A DNA stretch of 32,000 nt, taken from positions 1,344-33,343 of the forward strand of contig NZ_CALDKF010000029.1 of assembly GCF_937898925.1 (NCBI RefSeq), written 5' to 3'. A model generated the notes under the pieces. It was not told where the DNA came from and did not search any database. It was given only the letters and a program-made list of their open reading frames with translations. Origin of the DNA: an uncultured Methanobrevibacter sp. (lineage in GTDB: Archaea > Methanobacteriota > Methanobacteria > Methanobacteriales > Methanobacteriaceae). A program made the translations under genes and the position numbers. Below, piece by piece: positions 16,841 to 27,865 of this stretch; position 1 is the first letter of the stretch, and every line of letters begins with the position of its first letter.

Positions 16841-18265
16841 TTAACTATTTAATTGAGCCTCAATAGCTTGGTCAACTAAATGCAAGAATTGATCCTTAGC
16901 TTCATATGGTATCATAGCGCCAGCTGCTATATCGTGTCCACCACCTTGCCCGCCAAAGTTAACTGCGACTTCGCTTAAAGCTTTGCCTAAATTAACTCCA
17001 CGTGCAACCATTGGGCGTGTTGCTCTACCAGAAACCTTAATGTCCTTATGAAGTCTTGATAATCCTAAAATAGGCTTATCATCATTTAAGATCTTAGCAG
17101 ACATACCTACACCAGCAATTGTTCCCATAATGCTTTTAAGAACCTTATCCTCACTGTAAAGGTATTGAATGTAATTCAATTGTTGGGCGCCTTCACGGCT
17201 AATCCAATCAAACCCTTTAGTAAGGTCGTTCCTATAAGTCTTTTGAAGATTGAGAGCCTTATCTAAAGCTTCCTCTCTTTCACCAAGAACAATGCTAAGT
17301 GCCAATCCATACTCCTTGTTTTTACCACAAGCATCCAAGATTGCAGAATACTCCTCTAAATTACGTAAGACTGGATGCTCACGAGGAACACTGTAAACAT
17401 CACCAAATATTTGAGGATTGACCTTTACAAGTTCATCTTTAACAACATCCTTTTCCTCATCTTCCAATTCAATGAATGTAATACCATAGGAAACACCCAT
17501 TTTTTCAAGGAGTTCCTGTGAGTTCTCCAAACTACCAGTTAAACCTGGAAGTGGAGGATTCAAGGTATACGCAATTGATTTGAATAAAGGCTCTTGTGCT
17601 TTAGAGACTATCTTTAAGTCTTCATGGATTTCCAAATTGCCTGCTTCCTGACCATCCTTCAAAATTAATTGGTTTACACCAACAAATCTGTTCTGGCACT
17701 GCATGTCACCAAATGCACCAATAAGCGCCATATAAGCCAAATGCTTTTTGTCCATGTCCCTAACTGACAAATAGCTAGACCCTGCACCACTTATTTCACG
17801 ACTTCCGTCAACGCCAAACAAGTGTGGGTTGACATGGACAAGATTGTCTTTAGGTTCATGGGTGCTTGGCTGGTGATGGTCTGCAACAATAACATCAGCC
17901 TTTAGGGAATTGAGTTGCTTGATACAAGCACTGCCCATATCTGAAAAAACATACAATTCATATTTTTCCTTTGCAACATCCCTAATAACATCAGCCTTAA
18001 GGCGAGGGACAATAGTAATGTGGAATTGTCCTCCCTCTTCCTTAATGGCATTAGCTATAATACCTGCTGATGACAATCCATCAGCATCATTATGAGAAAT
18101 TAATCTAATAATGTTATCATTTGCAATATGCTTCTTTAGCATATCACTAGCTTCACATCCTCTACTTAATAGAGAATCAAATTTTTCATTGTCTCTATTT
18201 AACGAGAAGTGCTGCTTTTGTTGGATCGTATCTCCATCCTTCTGGTAATTGACCATTCTTTGCAT
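16841..18265 (-). CDS. DHH/DHHA1 phosphoesterase, archaeal RecJ/Cdc45-like (GAN-type) nuclease
   Basis: 474-aa ORF. DHH motifs [11 protein letters not shown] and ADHHQP. DHHA1 motif [13 protein letters not shown]. Start ambiguous: ATG at 18265 or 18256 overlaps rps15; the next ATG is at 18142. Confidence 0.8.
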   Translation of the reverse strand: MQRMVNYQKDGDTIQQKQHFSLNRDNEKFDSLLSRGCEASDMLKKHIANDNIIRLISHNDADGLSSAGIIANAIKEEGGQFHITIVPRLKADVIRDVAKEKYELYVFSDMGSACIKQLNSLKADVIVADHHQPSTHEPKDNLVHVNPHLFGVDGSREISGAGSSYLSVRDMDKKHLAYMALIGAFGDMQCQNRFVGVNQLILKDGQEAGNLEIHEDLKIVSKAQEPLFKSIAYTLNPPLPGLTGSLENSQELLEKMGVSYGITFIELEDEEKDVVKDELVKVNPQIFGDVYSVPREHPVLRNLEEYSAILDACGKNKEYGLALSIVLGEREEALDKALNLQKTYRNDLTKGFDWISREGAQQLNYIQYLYSEDKVLKSIMGTIAGVGMSAKILNDDKPILGLSRLHKDIKVSGRATRPMVARGVNLGKALSEVAVNFGGQGGGHDIAAGAMIPYEAKDQFLHLVDQAIEAQLNS

Positions 18266-18593
18266 AGTATCTACCTAATCTACGGATTCTAGATTCAATG
18301 ATAGTTAATCCTCTTTTACCATGAAGGTCTTTTGGGTTTTCTTCTAAGTGATCTCTGATATTTACTGCTCTTCTGATTAAATTCATTAAATCTTCAGGGT
18401 ACTCTTCAGCTTGACCGTTTCTTTTTAAGATTTGGGTAATTTTTTCACCAGTGACTTCTTTTACACTAGGAATACCGTATTGGTCTCTTAAAATTACTCC
18501 GATTTGACTTGCAGATTTACCTTCTCTTTTGAATTTTACAATAAATTCTTCGATTTCTTCGTTACTGTATGCGATCCATTCTGGTCTTGCCAT
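18195..18593 (-). CDS. rps15: 30S ribosomal protein S15 (uS15; S15P/S13e)
   Basis: ATG at 18593 preceded by GGAGAGGA (the track ORF begins at an upstream TTG). Sequence [10 protein letters not shown]...[45 protein letters not shown] is typical of archaeal S15. Confidence 0.9.
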   Translation of the reverse strand: MARPEWIAYSNEEIEEFIVKFKREGKSASQIGVILRDQYGIPSVKEVTGEKITQILKRNGQAEEYPEDLMNLIRRAVNIRDHLEENPKDLHGKRGLTIIESRIRRLGRYYAKNGQLPEGWRYDPTKAALLVK

Positions 18594-18884
18594 AAATATC
18601 CTCTCCAATAAGTTTTTTGATTATTTATAGTAAGGTCCTTTGTAAAATAATTATTAATGAAAAATCGTCACTCAAAACCATTAAAAACGATTTTAAGACA
18701 ATAATCATTTTAAAAAATTATTTTAAATTCATTTTTTTGAAAAAATCTTTAAAAAATTACCAAAATATGACCTAAATAAAAACAATAAGTTTTAAATTTC
18801 ATCAATTAAACTACGATAAAACAGCCAATCTTAGATAAAATTGCCTATTCTAATTTTGTTAATTAAAAAATATTTAAAAATTTA

Positions 18885-19442
18885 TTATTCATCATCTTGG
18901 TTTACATACCAATTGATAAATTTTTCTAAAGAATTTCTTCTATGTGAATACTGGTTCTTCTCTTCTGTAGTAAGTTCTCCAAAGGTCTTGCCTTCTTCCT
19001 CTATTATGAATAAAGGGTCGTAAGCAAAACCAAGATGGCCTCTTTCTTCAAAAGCTATTTGACCTTCGACACGCCCTAAAAAGACCTTGGGCTCAGAATT
19101 GGGTGTGCAATAGCCAATAACTGACCTGAATTCAGCGTATCGATCATCAACTCCATCCATAAGTTTTAAAATGTTTTGGTTTCCAAGTGAATTCTGTACA
19201 AATTTTGAGTAAGTTCCTGGAAAACCATTTAAAGCTCTTATGAATAAACCAGCATCTTCAACAATCACAGAGCGATTTAACTCTTGGCAAGCATATTTAG
19301 CACCGAATCTTGCTACATCCTCAAGAGTTCCTTGAGGTTCCATGTAACCTAAATCAATATGCTCAAGTTCAACGCCAAAAAGTTTGAAAATATTCTCTGC
19401 TTCTATTACTTTATGTTCGTTCCCAGTTATAAATGTTATCAT
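18885..19442 (-). CDS. Non-canonical purine NTP pyrophosphatase (XTP/dITP diphosphatase, HAM1/RdgB family)
   Basis: 185-aa ORF with motifs [32 protein letters not shown]. Confidence 0.85.
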   Translation of the reverse strand: MITFITGNEHKVIEAENIFKLFGVELEHIDLGYMEPQGTLEDVARFGAKYACQELNRSVIVEDAGLFIRALNGFPGTYSKFVQNSLGNQNILKLMDGVDDRYAEFRSVIGYCTPNSEPKVFLGRVEGQIAFEERGHLGFAYDPLFIIEEEGKTFGELTTEEKNQYSHRRNSLEKFINWYVNQDDE

Positions 19443-19555
19443 AGTTTTTATTATATAAAAAAGTTTTAATATATTTATCTAAAAAAACCAAAACAAAAAG
19501 AGAAAATAAAAAATGAAAAATAAAAAAGTTAAAAAAATTAGATTGTAAAAAACGA

Positions 19556-21220
<1,665 letters not shown>

Positions 21221-21392
21221 TTAAAAATGAATAAAATCAGTTCATATTAAGTATATTAACATACATTTATATAATTTTTACCAATAATATATTTATAGAA
21301 CTAAGTTAATTAATTTAATCAAGAATTGACAAAAAATTTTAATTAATTTATCAAAAATACTTTAAAAAATTTACGAAATTCAAGATGATAAA

Positions 21393-22457
21393 ATGATAGA
21401 AGGATTGAAAACTTACGGATCAGACAAACTTGTAAAGGAATTGCCAGACTTGAAAAACCCTATTTTTATTTGTACAATAGCTACAACTGAAACCTCTAAG
21501 ATTCCAGGCCTTACTGGTGCTGGAGCTACTCCAGAACTTACCAAATACACTCCTGCTGGAGATGCAGAGCTTATTTTGGATGGAGAGGTCAAATGTATGA
21601 CAGACATTCCTCAAACAATCATTGGAGAAGTTGTAACCCCTACTCCATCAATGATTACAAAAGGTTCCCTTGCACTTTGTGACTGTCCTGTTATGGTATT
21701 GGATGCAGGAAGTGAAATCAAGGCAAACTCTGATGTTTTTGACATAAGCGATGGAAAGCATGGTAAAGACATTAGAACCGGAAAAGCTGTAGAAAACCCT
21801 GAAGAGCTTTTTGAAAAAGGATTCGAGCTTGCTGAAATATTATCTGAAAAGCATGACTACATCGTAATTGGAGAAAGCCTACCTGCTGGTACAACCACTG
21901 CACTTGGAGTATTGGTTGGACTTGGCTATGATGCTAAAGGAAAGGTCAGCGGTTGCATGGACACAAACCCTCATGAAATGAAAAATGCAATTGTTGAAGA
22001 GGGATTGAAAAATGCAGGTTTGGAAGAAACAGAAGAAAATGATCCTTTTGATGTTGTCAGAGCTGTTGGAGACCCTATGCTTCCAGCAGTTGCAGGAGTC
22101 CTTATGGGTGCAAAAGTTCCTGTCGTATTGGCAGGAGGAACTCAACTCACTGCTTCTTGTGCAATAGCTAAGGCATTGGATCCTGACTTCGACTTCTCAA
22201 ACAGTTGCCTTGCAACAACTGCATTTGTAGTGAAAGATAACACTGCTGACATGCTTAATATTGTAGAGCAAATCGGAGATATCACTGTAAATGCTGTAGA
22301 CCCTAACTTTGAGATTTCCACTGTCGAAGGTCTTAAGAATTATACAAAAGGATTCATCAAGGAAGGAGCAGGCGCTGGAGGAGCAATGTTCTTGGCTCTT
22401 ATGCTTGGAAACAGCATTGATGAAATCAGAGAATCAATTGAAGAAGCATGCGGTTAA
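21393..22457 (+). CDS. cobT: UPF0284/TIGR00303 family protein; archaeal-type nicotinate-nucleotide--dimethylbenzimidazole phosphoribosyltransferase (CobT-like)
   Basis: 354-aa ORF with ATG start. TSKIPGLTGAGATPELTKYTPAGDAE and the Gly-rich C-terminus match my recollection of the UPF0284 family. Lies next to kae1-bud32, as I recall for Methanothermobacter. Confidence 0.65.
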   Translation: MIEGLKTYGSDKLVKELPDLKNPIFICTIATTETSKIPGLTGAGATPELTKYTPAGDAELILDGEVKCMTDIPQTIIGEVVTPTPSMITKGSLALCDCPVMVLDAGSEIKANSDVFDISDGKHGKDIRTGKAVENPEELFEKGFELAEILSEKHDYIVIGESLPAGTTTALGVLVGLGYDAKGKVSGCMDTNPHEMKNAIVEEGLKNAGLEETEENDPFDVVRAVGDPMLPAVAGVLMGAKVPVVLAGGTQLTASCAIAKALDPDFDFSNSCLATTAFVVKDNTADMLNIVEQIGDITVNAVDPNFEISTVEGLKNYTKGFIKEGAGAGGAMFLALMLGNSIDEIRESIEEACG

Positions 22458-22607
22458 ATTATTAATTTAATTTAACTATATTTTTTTAAAATAAGTAATT
22501 ATTCGTAACTATTGAAACAGAAGTGAAAAATCTAAAATTGAATTTAAAAAGAGAATATGGAATAAAAATTGAAAATAGATAAAGAAAATAGAAAAAGAGA
22601 AATAGAT

Positions 22608-22805
22608 TTATTCTTGAATAGAAATAAATGCTATTTTTCCACCTTTAATAACTTTTAAACCTTCACCATCATCCAAAACTAAGTTTAAAAAGTTATCAAT
22701 GGTAATTATTTTTCCTTCTACTTCTTCCCAGTTTTTTAAACCAATAAGAACATCTTTGCCTTTGAATTTAGCAAATTGTTTATTTACTTGGAAATTGTCA
22801 CTCAT
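22608..22805 (-). CDS. Minimal LSm/Sm-like archaeal protein (65 aa)
   Basis: Sm1-like VLIGLKNWEEVEGKIITIDNFLNLVLDD and Sm2-like VIKGGKIAFISI. AGAGG SD upstream of the ATG. Confidence 0.6.
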   Translation of the reverse strand: MSDNFQVNKQFAKFKGKDVLIGLKNWEEVEGKIITIDNFLNLVLDDGEGLKVIKGGKIAFISIQE

Positions 22806-22921
22806 TATATAGCCTCTTTAAATTATAAAAATAAAATCTTAATTTATTGAATAATATTCGTAAAATATTATTTATATTTAATCCATTATAAACTTATTTA
22901 ATTATTAAATTGAATTTGTAA

Positions 22922-23068
22922 TTAGTTTAAATTTAATTCATTTAAAAGTTTATCTCTTTCTTTTCTAAGCTCATTTAAAAGCTTTTCATCATTGCACCCT
23001 TCTTTTTCCAATTTTGCTAAGGTGTGTGTAACAGCTTGTAATGTAGCTTCAAGTTGATTTACAGACAT
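22922..23068 (-). CDS. Small hypothetical protein, 48 aa, predicted helical (not in the supplied ORF track; below its size cutoff)
   Basis: ATG at 23068 preceded by AAGGAGATAAAAT (strong SD, good spacing). Hand translation: MSVNQLEATLQAVTHTLAKLEKEGCNDEKLLNELRKERDKLLNELNLN, with TAA stop at 22922-22924. Confidence 0.45.
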   Translation of the reverse strand: MSVNQLEATLQAVTHTLAKLEKEGCNDEKLLNELRKERDKLLNELNLN

Positions 23069-23196
23069 ATTTTATCTCCTTAAATTTTTTTCAAATTGAA
23101 TTTTAATCAGTGTATTGATTTAATTATAATTAATTTTTATTATGTATCTTATGTTATATATTGTTTGTGTATTATGAAATAAAATTTTAATTTTGA

Positions 23197-23218
23197 TTTT
23201 AATCCGGACCGATTAAAA
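23197..23218 (-). terminator. Hairpin TTTTAATC-CGGACC-GATTAAAA, 26 nt downstream of the surE stop
   Basis: Perfect 8-bp inverted repeat read directly. A/T-rich sequence follows on the minus strand. Confidence 0.35.
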
Positions 23219-23243
23219 AGAAAAAATCAAAAATCTAAATGGA

Positions 23244-24023
23244 TCATTTATCATACCATTCCTTTAAGGCGTCCAAATCATGAGCCATATCCAATATCAA
23301 AGGAGTCAATGTAGGTACATTCTCCTCTAAAAGGACATAATCATCACTGTCTTTAGGATTTCCTTCGTAAAAAACACCATCAATCCAATAATAAGGTCTT
23401 CCCCTTGGATCTACACGCATTTCAACAACAGGCTCATACATTCTTGTAGCCAATGGACATATTTTAGGTTCATAGGAATCAGGATCCGCTGGAACATTCA
23501 AGTTCAATATGTCAACCCCTTCCGGAAATCCATTGTCAATGACCTTTTGGATAAGGTCCCTTAAGACCTTTTGACTTGATGAAAAATCAATTTCAATATG
23601 GCCTTCATCAAACTTGATATTGTCATCAGGAGTGTGCTGGCTCACTGCAATTGTAGGAATTCCAAGAGAAGCAGCCTCTGTTGCAGCACCAATTGTACCA
23701 GAGGTGGATAGTTCTCCTTTACCTGTGTTTCTGCCAGTGTTGATTCCAGAAATCACCAAGTCAGGCCAATCATCCATTATTTCATAAATACCTATAGTCA
23801 CTGCATCTGTAGGAGTTCCAGTAACTCCATATCCAATGTCACCATCTCTCAAATTGACTTCATTCACCCTGATAGGTTCAACGAGAGTCAATGCATGGCC
23901 GATTCCACTTTGCTGTTTAGAAGGTGCAACCACAATTGTCTCTCCAAACTCATCAGCAACTTGCTTTGCTGCCAAAATTCCTGATGCATCTACGCCATCA
24001 TCATTAGATAATAAAATTTTCAT
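23244..24023 (-). CDS. surE: 5'/3'-nucleotidase SurE
   Basis: MKILLSNDDGVDASGI N-terminal signature and SGINTGRN. ATG at 24023 (the track ORF starts at an upstream TTG, 24035). Confidence 0.88.
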   Translation of the reverse strand: MKILLSNDDGVDASGILAAKQVADEFGETIVVAPSKQQSGIGHALTLVEPIRVNEVNLRDGDIGYGVTGTPTDAVTIGIYEIMDDWPDLVISGINTGRNTGKGELSTSGTIGAATEAASLGIPTIAVSQHTPDDNIKFDEGHIEIDFSSSQKVLRDLIQKVIDNGFPEGVDILNLNVPADPDSYEPKICPLATRMYEPVVEMRVDPRGRPYYWIDGVFYEGNPKDSDDYVLLEENVPTLTPLILDMAHDLDALKEWYDK

Positions 24024-24135
24024 ACGAATCAACAAACAATAAAAATTAGAAAAAATATTGATAAAATAATTTCCCTCGAATTTAAAATATAAAAGAATAA
24101 AAAAAGAAGCTAATTAAAAAATATTAGCCCTAAGA

Positions 24136-24834
24136 TTATTTATTTGCGGAAATCAATTTTCTAGCTGCCCTCATATCATTGCTGTATATGTGGCCAGAAG
24201 TGGAATGGTAATGAAGACCGCCGAAGTTTAGTTTATCTCCCATTATTTCCTTATTGACTTCCTCTTTCATCTTGATTCCAATGTATGTTATGAAGAACAT
24301 GTTGGAATAGAATGCTCCAAAAATGTCATTGGAACGGAAGAAACAGTGAATGGTTAATTCTCCATCCCTAACGAGAATCTGTATAACCTGCAAGCAAGGA
24401 ATGTCTTCCCTATCTCCATCCAATGCAGGGTCGATGGTAACAGCAACTGCACGATTACTTCCTGTAGCGGTTAGGATTCTTTGTTTCATGGTTTCAAATT
24501 GGTCTACACCAAAATGTTCCAAGATACGGTTAGGGTAAGTGTAAACAAAACCTTGATCATCCCTTATTTCAAAGGATTTTACATATTCATATAATGCATC
24601 ACCTTTGATAGGACATGATGGAATATCAAATTTTCCGCTTTTGATTTCTTCCAACATCAATTCAGGAGTCATGTGCTGATATTTAGCTCTGAATTTTAAA
24701 TCCAATGGATCATCAATATAATAATAATTACCAAGACTTTCCTTTAAATGATGATCACTGTCCTTATAGGTTTCCTTTCCTTCTTTTAAGATTTTATCAA
24801 CAAAATCTAAGTAACATTGACCAATAGATAACAT
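24136..24834 (-). CDS. thyA: Thymidylate synthase-like protein (short archaeal ThyA-type)
   Basis: 232-aa ORF. Catalytic-Cys context IPCLQVIQ and FFRSNDIFGAF (equivalent to the RSxD motif). Confidence 0.7.
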   Translation of the reverse strand: MLSIGQCYLDFVDKILKEGKETYKDSDHHLKESLGNYYYIDDPLDLKFRAKYQHMTPELMLEEIKSGKFDIPSCPIKGDALYEYVKSFEIRDDQGFVYTYPNRILEHFGVDQFETMKQRILTATGSNRAVAVTIDPALDGDREDIPCLQVIQILVRDGELTIHCFFRSNDIFGAFYSNMFFITYIGIKMKEEVNKEIMGDKLNFGGLHYHSTSGHIYSNDMRAARKLISANK

Positions 24835-25094
24835 AATAAACGTTCCTTAAAATTATAATTAAAAAATAATCTAAATTTTTTAAAAAATTCAATAGCTTTT
24901 TAGATTATATAACTAATATTAGTATATATTTTCATGATTATAAATATTATGAAAAAATTTGAAAAAATGAAAAATTCTATTGAAATGAAATGAGAATATA
25001 AGTGAATTTGATTGATTTTTTAGAAAAATTTAATAAAAATTATATATTGAGAAAATATAAATATATTATATTAAAATTAAGATAAGGTGAAACC

Positions 25095-26225
25095 GTGGAA
25101 AAGCCACAATTAGTGAATTTTATAGCTAAAGTTCTTGAGGATTCTGGCTTTAAAGTTTATAAAAATTTTAAGACATCCCAACAGGTTGTAGACATATATG
25201 CAATCCTTCAAACATCTATGGGTGATTTTGGTTTAGTGGTTGGATGTAAAAACTACGATAAGGACTGGGAAGTTGGAATCGATGTTTTAAAGGAAATGGA
25301 ATTTATAGGTAAAAAACTTAGAGCCTCTAAAGTAGCTATTGTAACCAGTTCTGGTTTTTCCTCTCAAGCAAAAAGATATGCTGAAGAGAGAAAGATCAAG
25401 CTCATTGATAGAAACAACCTTGTCACTTTAGCGAAAAAATATTCAAATAAAAACAAAGAAACTAAGTCAAGATTAGACCGTGGAGCAAACAGATTAACAG
25501 ATATTGATAGCGATTCTTTCTATCATAGAGATGTTAACAGAGAATATATTGACAACACATCAAATTATAGGGGTTATGATGATGACAGGTCATATAACAG
25601 GCTTCAAGGTGCTTATGAAGGTTATGAGGAATTCTCTGAAGACATGGAATATTATGAGGATGAAGTCGGCGGATTGGAATTAAGTCATTACAGTGAATAT
25701 GATGATGACCTATACCGTGCTGAGTTCTTAAATAAAACTCCTAGAGACAACTACTCTGGTCCAAGCGGTACACTATTTGCAAGCCGTCAGCAACAAGCTC
25801 CAAAAAGAAGAAGAGCACCATCCCTTTCAGGAAATAGAAGACCTGGCTCACTTAGCCAAAGAAGCAATAGGGCTTCCAGCAATCATAGCTTCTTCTCATC
25901 TTCTGATAGTGCTTTAAGCAACTTTGGTGGACATGTCCCTCAAAAGCCAAGCAAACCTTGGGGAGAGATTTTAAAACCTATATTATCTAATCCTATAGCA
26001 TCTGTTATAGTGGTAGTCCTTATTTCATACCTAATTGGATTTATCCTTGGAAAAATAATAAGAGTCCCTACAGGATACTTAGGTATTGCTGAACTATTAA
26101 TAGCATTGCTGCTCTCTTATGGTATTGTATTATACTCAGACAAGGAAGCAGATGTTTTAGTAAAAGGAACAATCGTGTTCTTTATTTCATTAGTAATAAT
26201 CATGATATTGATTGTTGCTTTCTAG
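25095..26225 (+). CDS. Membrane-anchored protein with N-terminal Mrr_cat/PD-(D/E)xK restriction-endonuclease-like domain, long disordered linker and three C-terminal TM helices
   Basis: 376-aa ORF. GTG start preceded by GGTGA. N-terminal pattern VVDIYA...LVVGCKNY...AIVTSSGFSSQAKRYAEERKIKLIDRNNL. C-terminal hydrophobic segments IASVIVVVLISYLIGFILG, LGIAELLIALLLSYGIVLY, GTIVFFISLVIIMILIVAF. Confidence 0.65.
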   Translation: MEKPQLVNFIAKVLEDSGFKVYKNFKTSQQVVDIYAILQTSMGDFGLVVGCKNYDKDWEVGIDVLKEMEFIGKKLRASKVAIVTSSGFSSQAKRYAEERKIKLIDRNNLVTLAKKYSNKNKETKSRLDRGANRLTDIDSDSFYHRDVNREYIDNTSNYRGYDDDRSYNRLQGAYEGYEEFSEDMEYYEDEVGGLELSHYSEYDDDLYRAEFLNKTPRDNYSGPSGTLFASRQQQAPKRRRAPSLSGNRRPGSLSQRSNRASSNHSFFSSSDSALSNFGGHVPQKPSKPWGEILKPILSNPIASVIVVVLISYLIGFILGKIIRVPTGYLGIAELLIALLLSYGIVLYSDKEADVLVKGTIVFFISLVIIMILIVAF

Positions 26226-26475
26226 AATAGTGCTTTTACACAAAAAGCGTTTCAACCAAATCTTAATTTAATTTTTAAACCACCATTTCTTTTTTTCATT
26301 ATTTTTATTTAAAAAAATCACTTATTTTATCTTTATTTTTATCTGATTTTTAAAATTAGTTTTTTAAAAAAATAATTATTCTATCATTAACGAACATATG
26401 AATGAGAACTAAAAATAGCTAATTAAAAAGAAATGAATGATAAAAAATTTCAAAATAAAAAAAAAAGTTGAGAAG

Positions 26476-26547
26476 TGGTTCCGACGAGATTCGAACTCGT
26501 GATCCTCTCGTTGTAAGCGAGATATCATACCCCTAGACCACGGAACC
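26476..26547 (-). tRNA. tRNA-Val (anticodon UAC)
   Basis: Hand-folded cloverleaf: acceptor GGTTCCG/CGGAACC plus discriminator A; anticodon stem TCTCG/CGAGA with loop CTTACAA; T arm ACGAG-TTCGAAT-CTCGT. No encoded CCA. A T10 run starts 9 nt after the 3' end. Confidence 0.9.
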
Positions 26548-26576
26548 ATACTACATAATAAATATTGTTAACATAT

Positions 26577-26584
26577 TATTTAAA
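26577..26584 (-). promoter_or_regulatory. Candidate TATA box (TTTAAATA) for tRNA-Val
   Basis: Matches the archaeal TTTAWATA consensus. Sits 30-37 nt upstream of the mature tRNA 5' end. Confidence 0.4.
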
Positions 26585-26857
26585 ACTTTCGATGGAAAAG
26601 ATTTAAAATAAAAATCATTTTTAGGAATTTTGAAAAAATAGGCGAAAAATGAATAAAAAACAAAAATATCTGATGAAAAATCCTTATAATAAGCAATATA
26701 TTTAAAATATAAGAAATAAATAATTAATAAAGGAATTATTTTTTTAAAACTTATAATCGGCCAAATTCCGATTAAATAAAACAATCCCTTAAACTAACTA
26801 CATTGACATAAAATTTGACATTGAATAAATACTTTTAAAAAAACAAAAGGTGAAAAA

Positions 26858-27781
26858 ATGGCATTTGATGAAAATTTAAAAGTTTGGATGGATGGAGAAT
26901 TTGTAGCATTAAAAGATGCTAAAATCAGCGTTCTCTCTCACGTAGTCCACTATGGAACTGCAGTATTCGAAGGTATAAGATGTTATGAAACTGAAAATGG
27001 ACCTGCTGTATTCCGTTTAAAAGAACACGTACAAAGATTATTTGATTCCGCTAAAATTTACAAAATGGAAATTCCATTTACTCAAGAAGAAATCTGTGAT
27101 GCAATCATAGAAACCATTAAGGAAAACAACTTAAAAGGCTGTTACATCAGACCAATTACCTACAGAGGCTTTGGTGAATTAGGTGTAAACCCATTAAACT
27201 GTCCTGTAAACACAACCATTGCTGTATGGGAATGGGGAGCATACATTGGAGAAGAGGAAATGGAACAAGGTGCAAACATCGGTATTTCCACTTGGAGAAA
27301 ACCTGCACCAGGTACATTGCCTGTTCTTGCAAAAGCTGCAGCTAACTACATGAACTCCCAGCTTGCTAACTTGGAAGCAGGAGAACACGGTTACGATGAA
27401 GCTATCCAATTAGATTATCACGGACATGTTGCAGAAGGTAGTGGAGAAAACATTTTCATCGTAGAAGATGGCAAAATCATCACTCCTGACTTAGGTTCTT
27501 CCATCCTTAGAGGAATTACCAGAGACAGCATCATGACCATTGCAAAGGACTTAGGCTATGAAGTTTCTGAAGAAACCATTTCAAGAGAAAGATTATACTT
27601 AGCTGACGAAGTGTTCTTCACTGGAAGTGCAGCTGAAGTTACTCCGATCCGTGCAATCGACAACAGACAAATCGGTATTGGATCCAGAGGTCCTGTAACC
27701 AAAGAATTGCAAGAAAAATACTTCGATGCAGTATATGGAAGATCTGAAGACATTCATAATTGGTTAACTTATGTCGAATAG
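26858..27781 (+). CDS. ilvE: Branched-chain amino acid aminotransferase
   Basis: 307-aa ORF with GGTGA SD. Motifs [35 protein letters not shown]. Confidence 0.9.
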   Translation: MAFDENLKVWMDGEFVALKDAKISVLSHVVHYGTAVFEGIRCYETENGPAVFRLKEHVQRLFDSAKIYKMEIPFTQEEICDAIIETIKENNLKGCYIRPITYRGFGELGVNPLNCPVNTTIAVWEWGAYIGEEEMEQGANIGISTWRKPAPGTLPVLAKAAANYMNSQLANLEAGEHGYDEAIQLDYHGHVAEGSGENIFIVEDGKIITPDLGSSILRGITRDSIMTIAKDLGYEVSEETISRERLYLADEVFFTGSAAEVTPIRAIDNRQIGIGSRGPVTKELQEKYFDAVYGRSEDIHNWLTYVE

Positions 27782-27865
27782 ACATGAGTTAATTAAATTT
27801 TTTTTAAATCTTTTTAAAACTTAACTGATTTAAAATTCTTATAAAAAACTAAGCGAGTTGAAATA

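Noticed and set aside
26551-26784. 77-aa minus-strand ORF rich in Phe/Tyr/Ile/Lys next to the tRNA
   Set aside because: It lies in a nearly pure A/T spacer that carries the divergent tRNA-Val and ilvE promoters. Its composition is what random translation of AT-rich DNA gives. It would overlap the tRNA promoter and end right at the tRNA 5' end.
26226-26860. Integrated mobile element at tRNA-Val
   Set aside because: There is no integrase, transposase or phage gene. I could find no duplicated copy of the tRNA 3' segment (att-like repeat) by eye in the window. The Mrr-like gene is the only accessory-looking gene adjacent.
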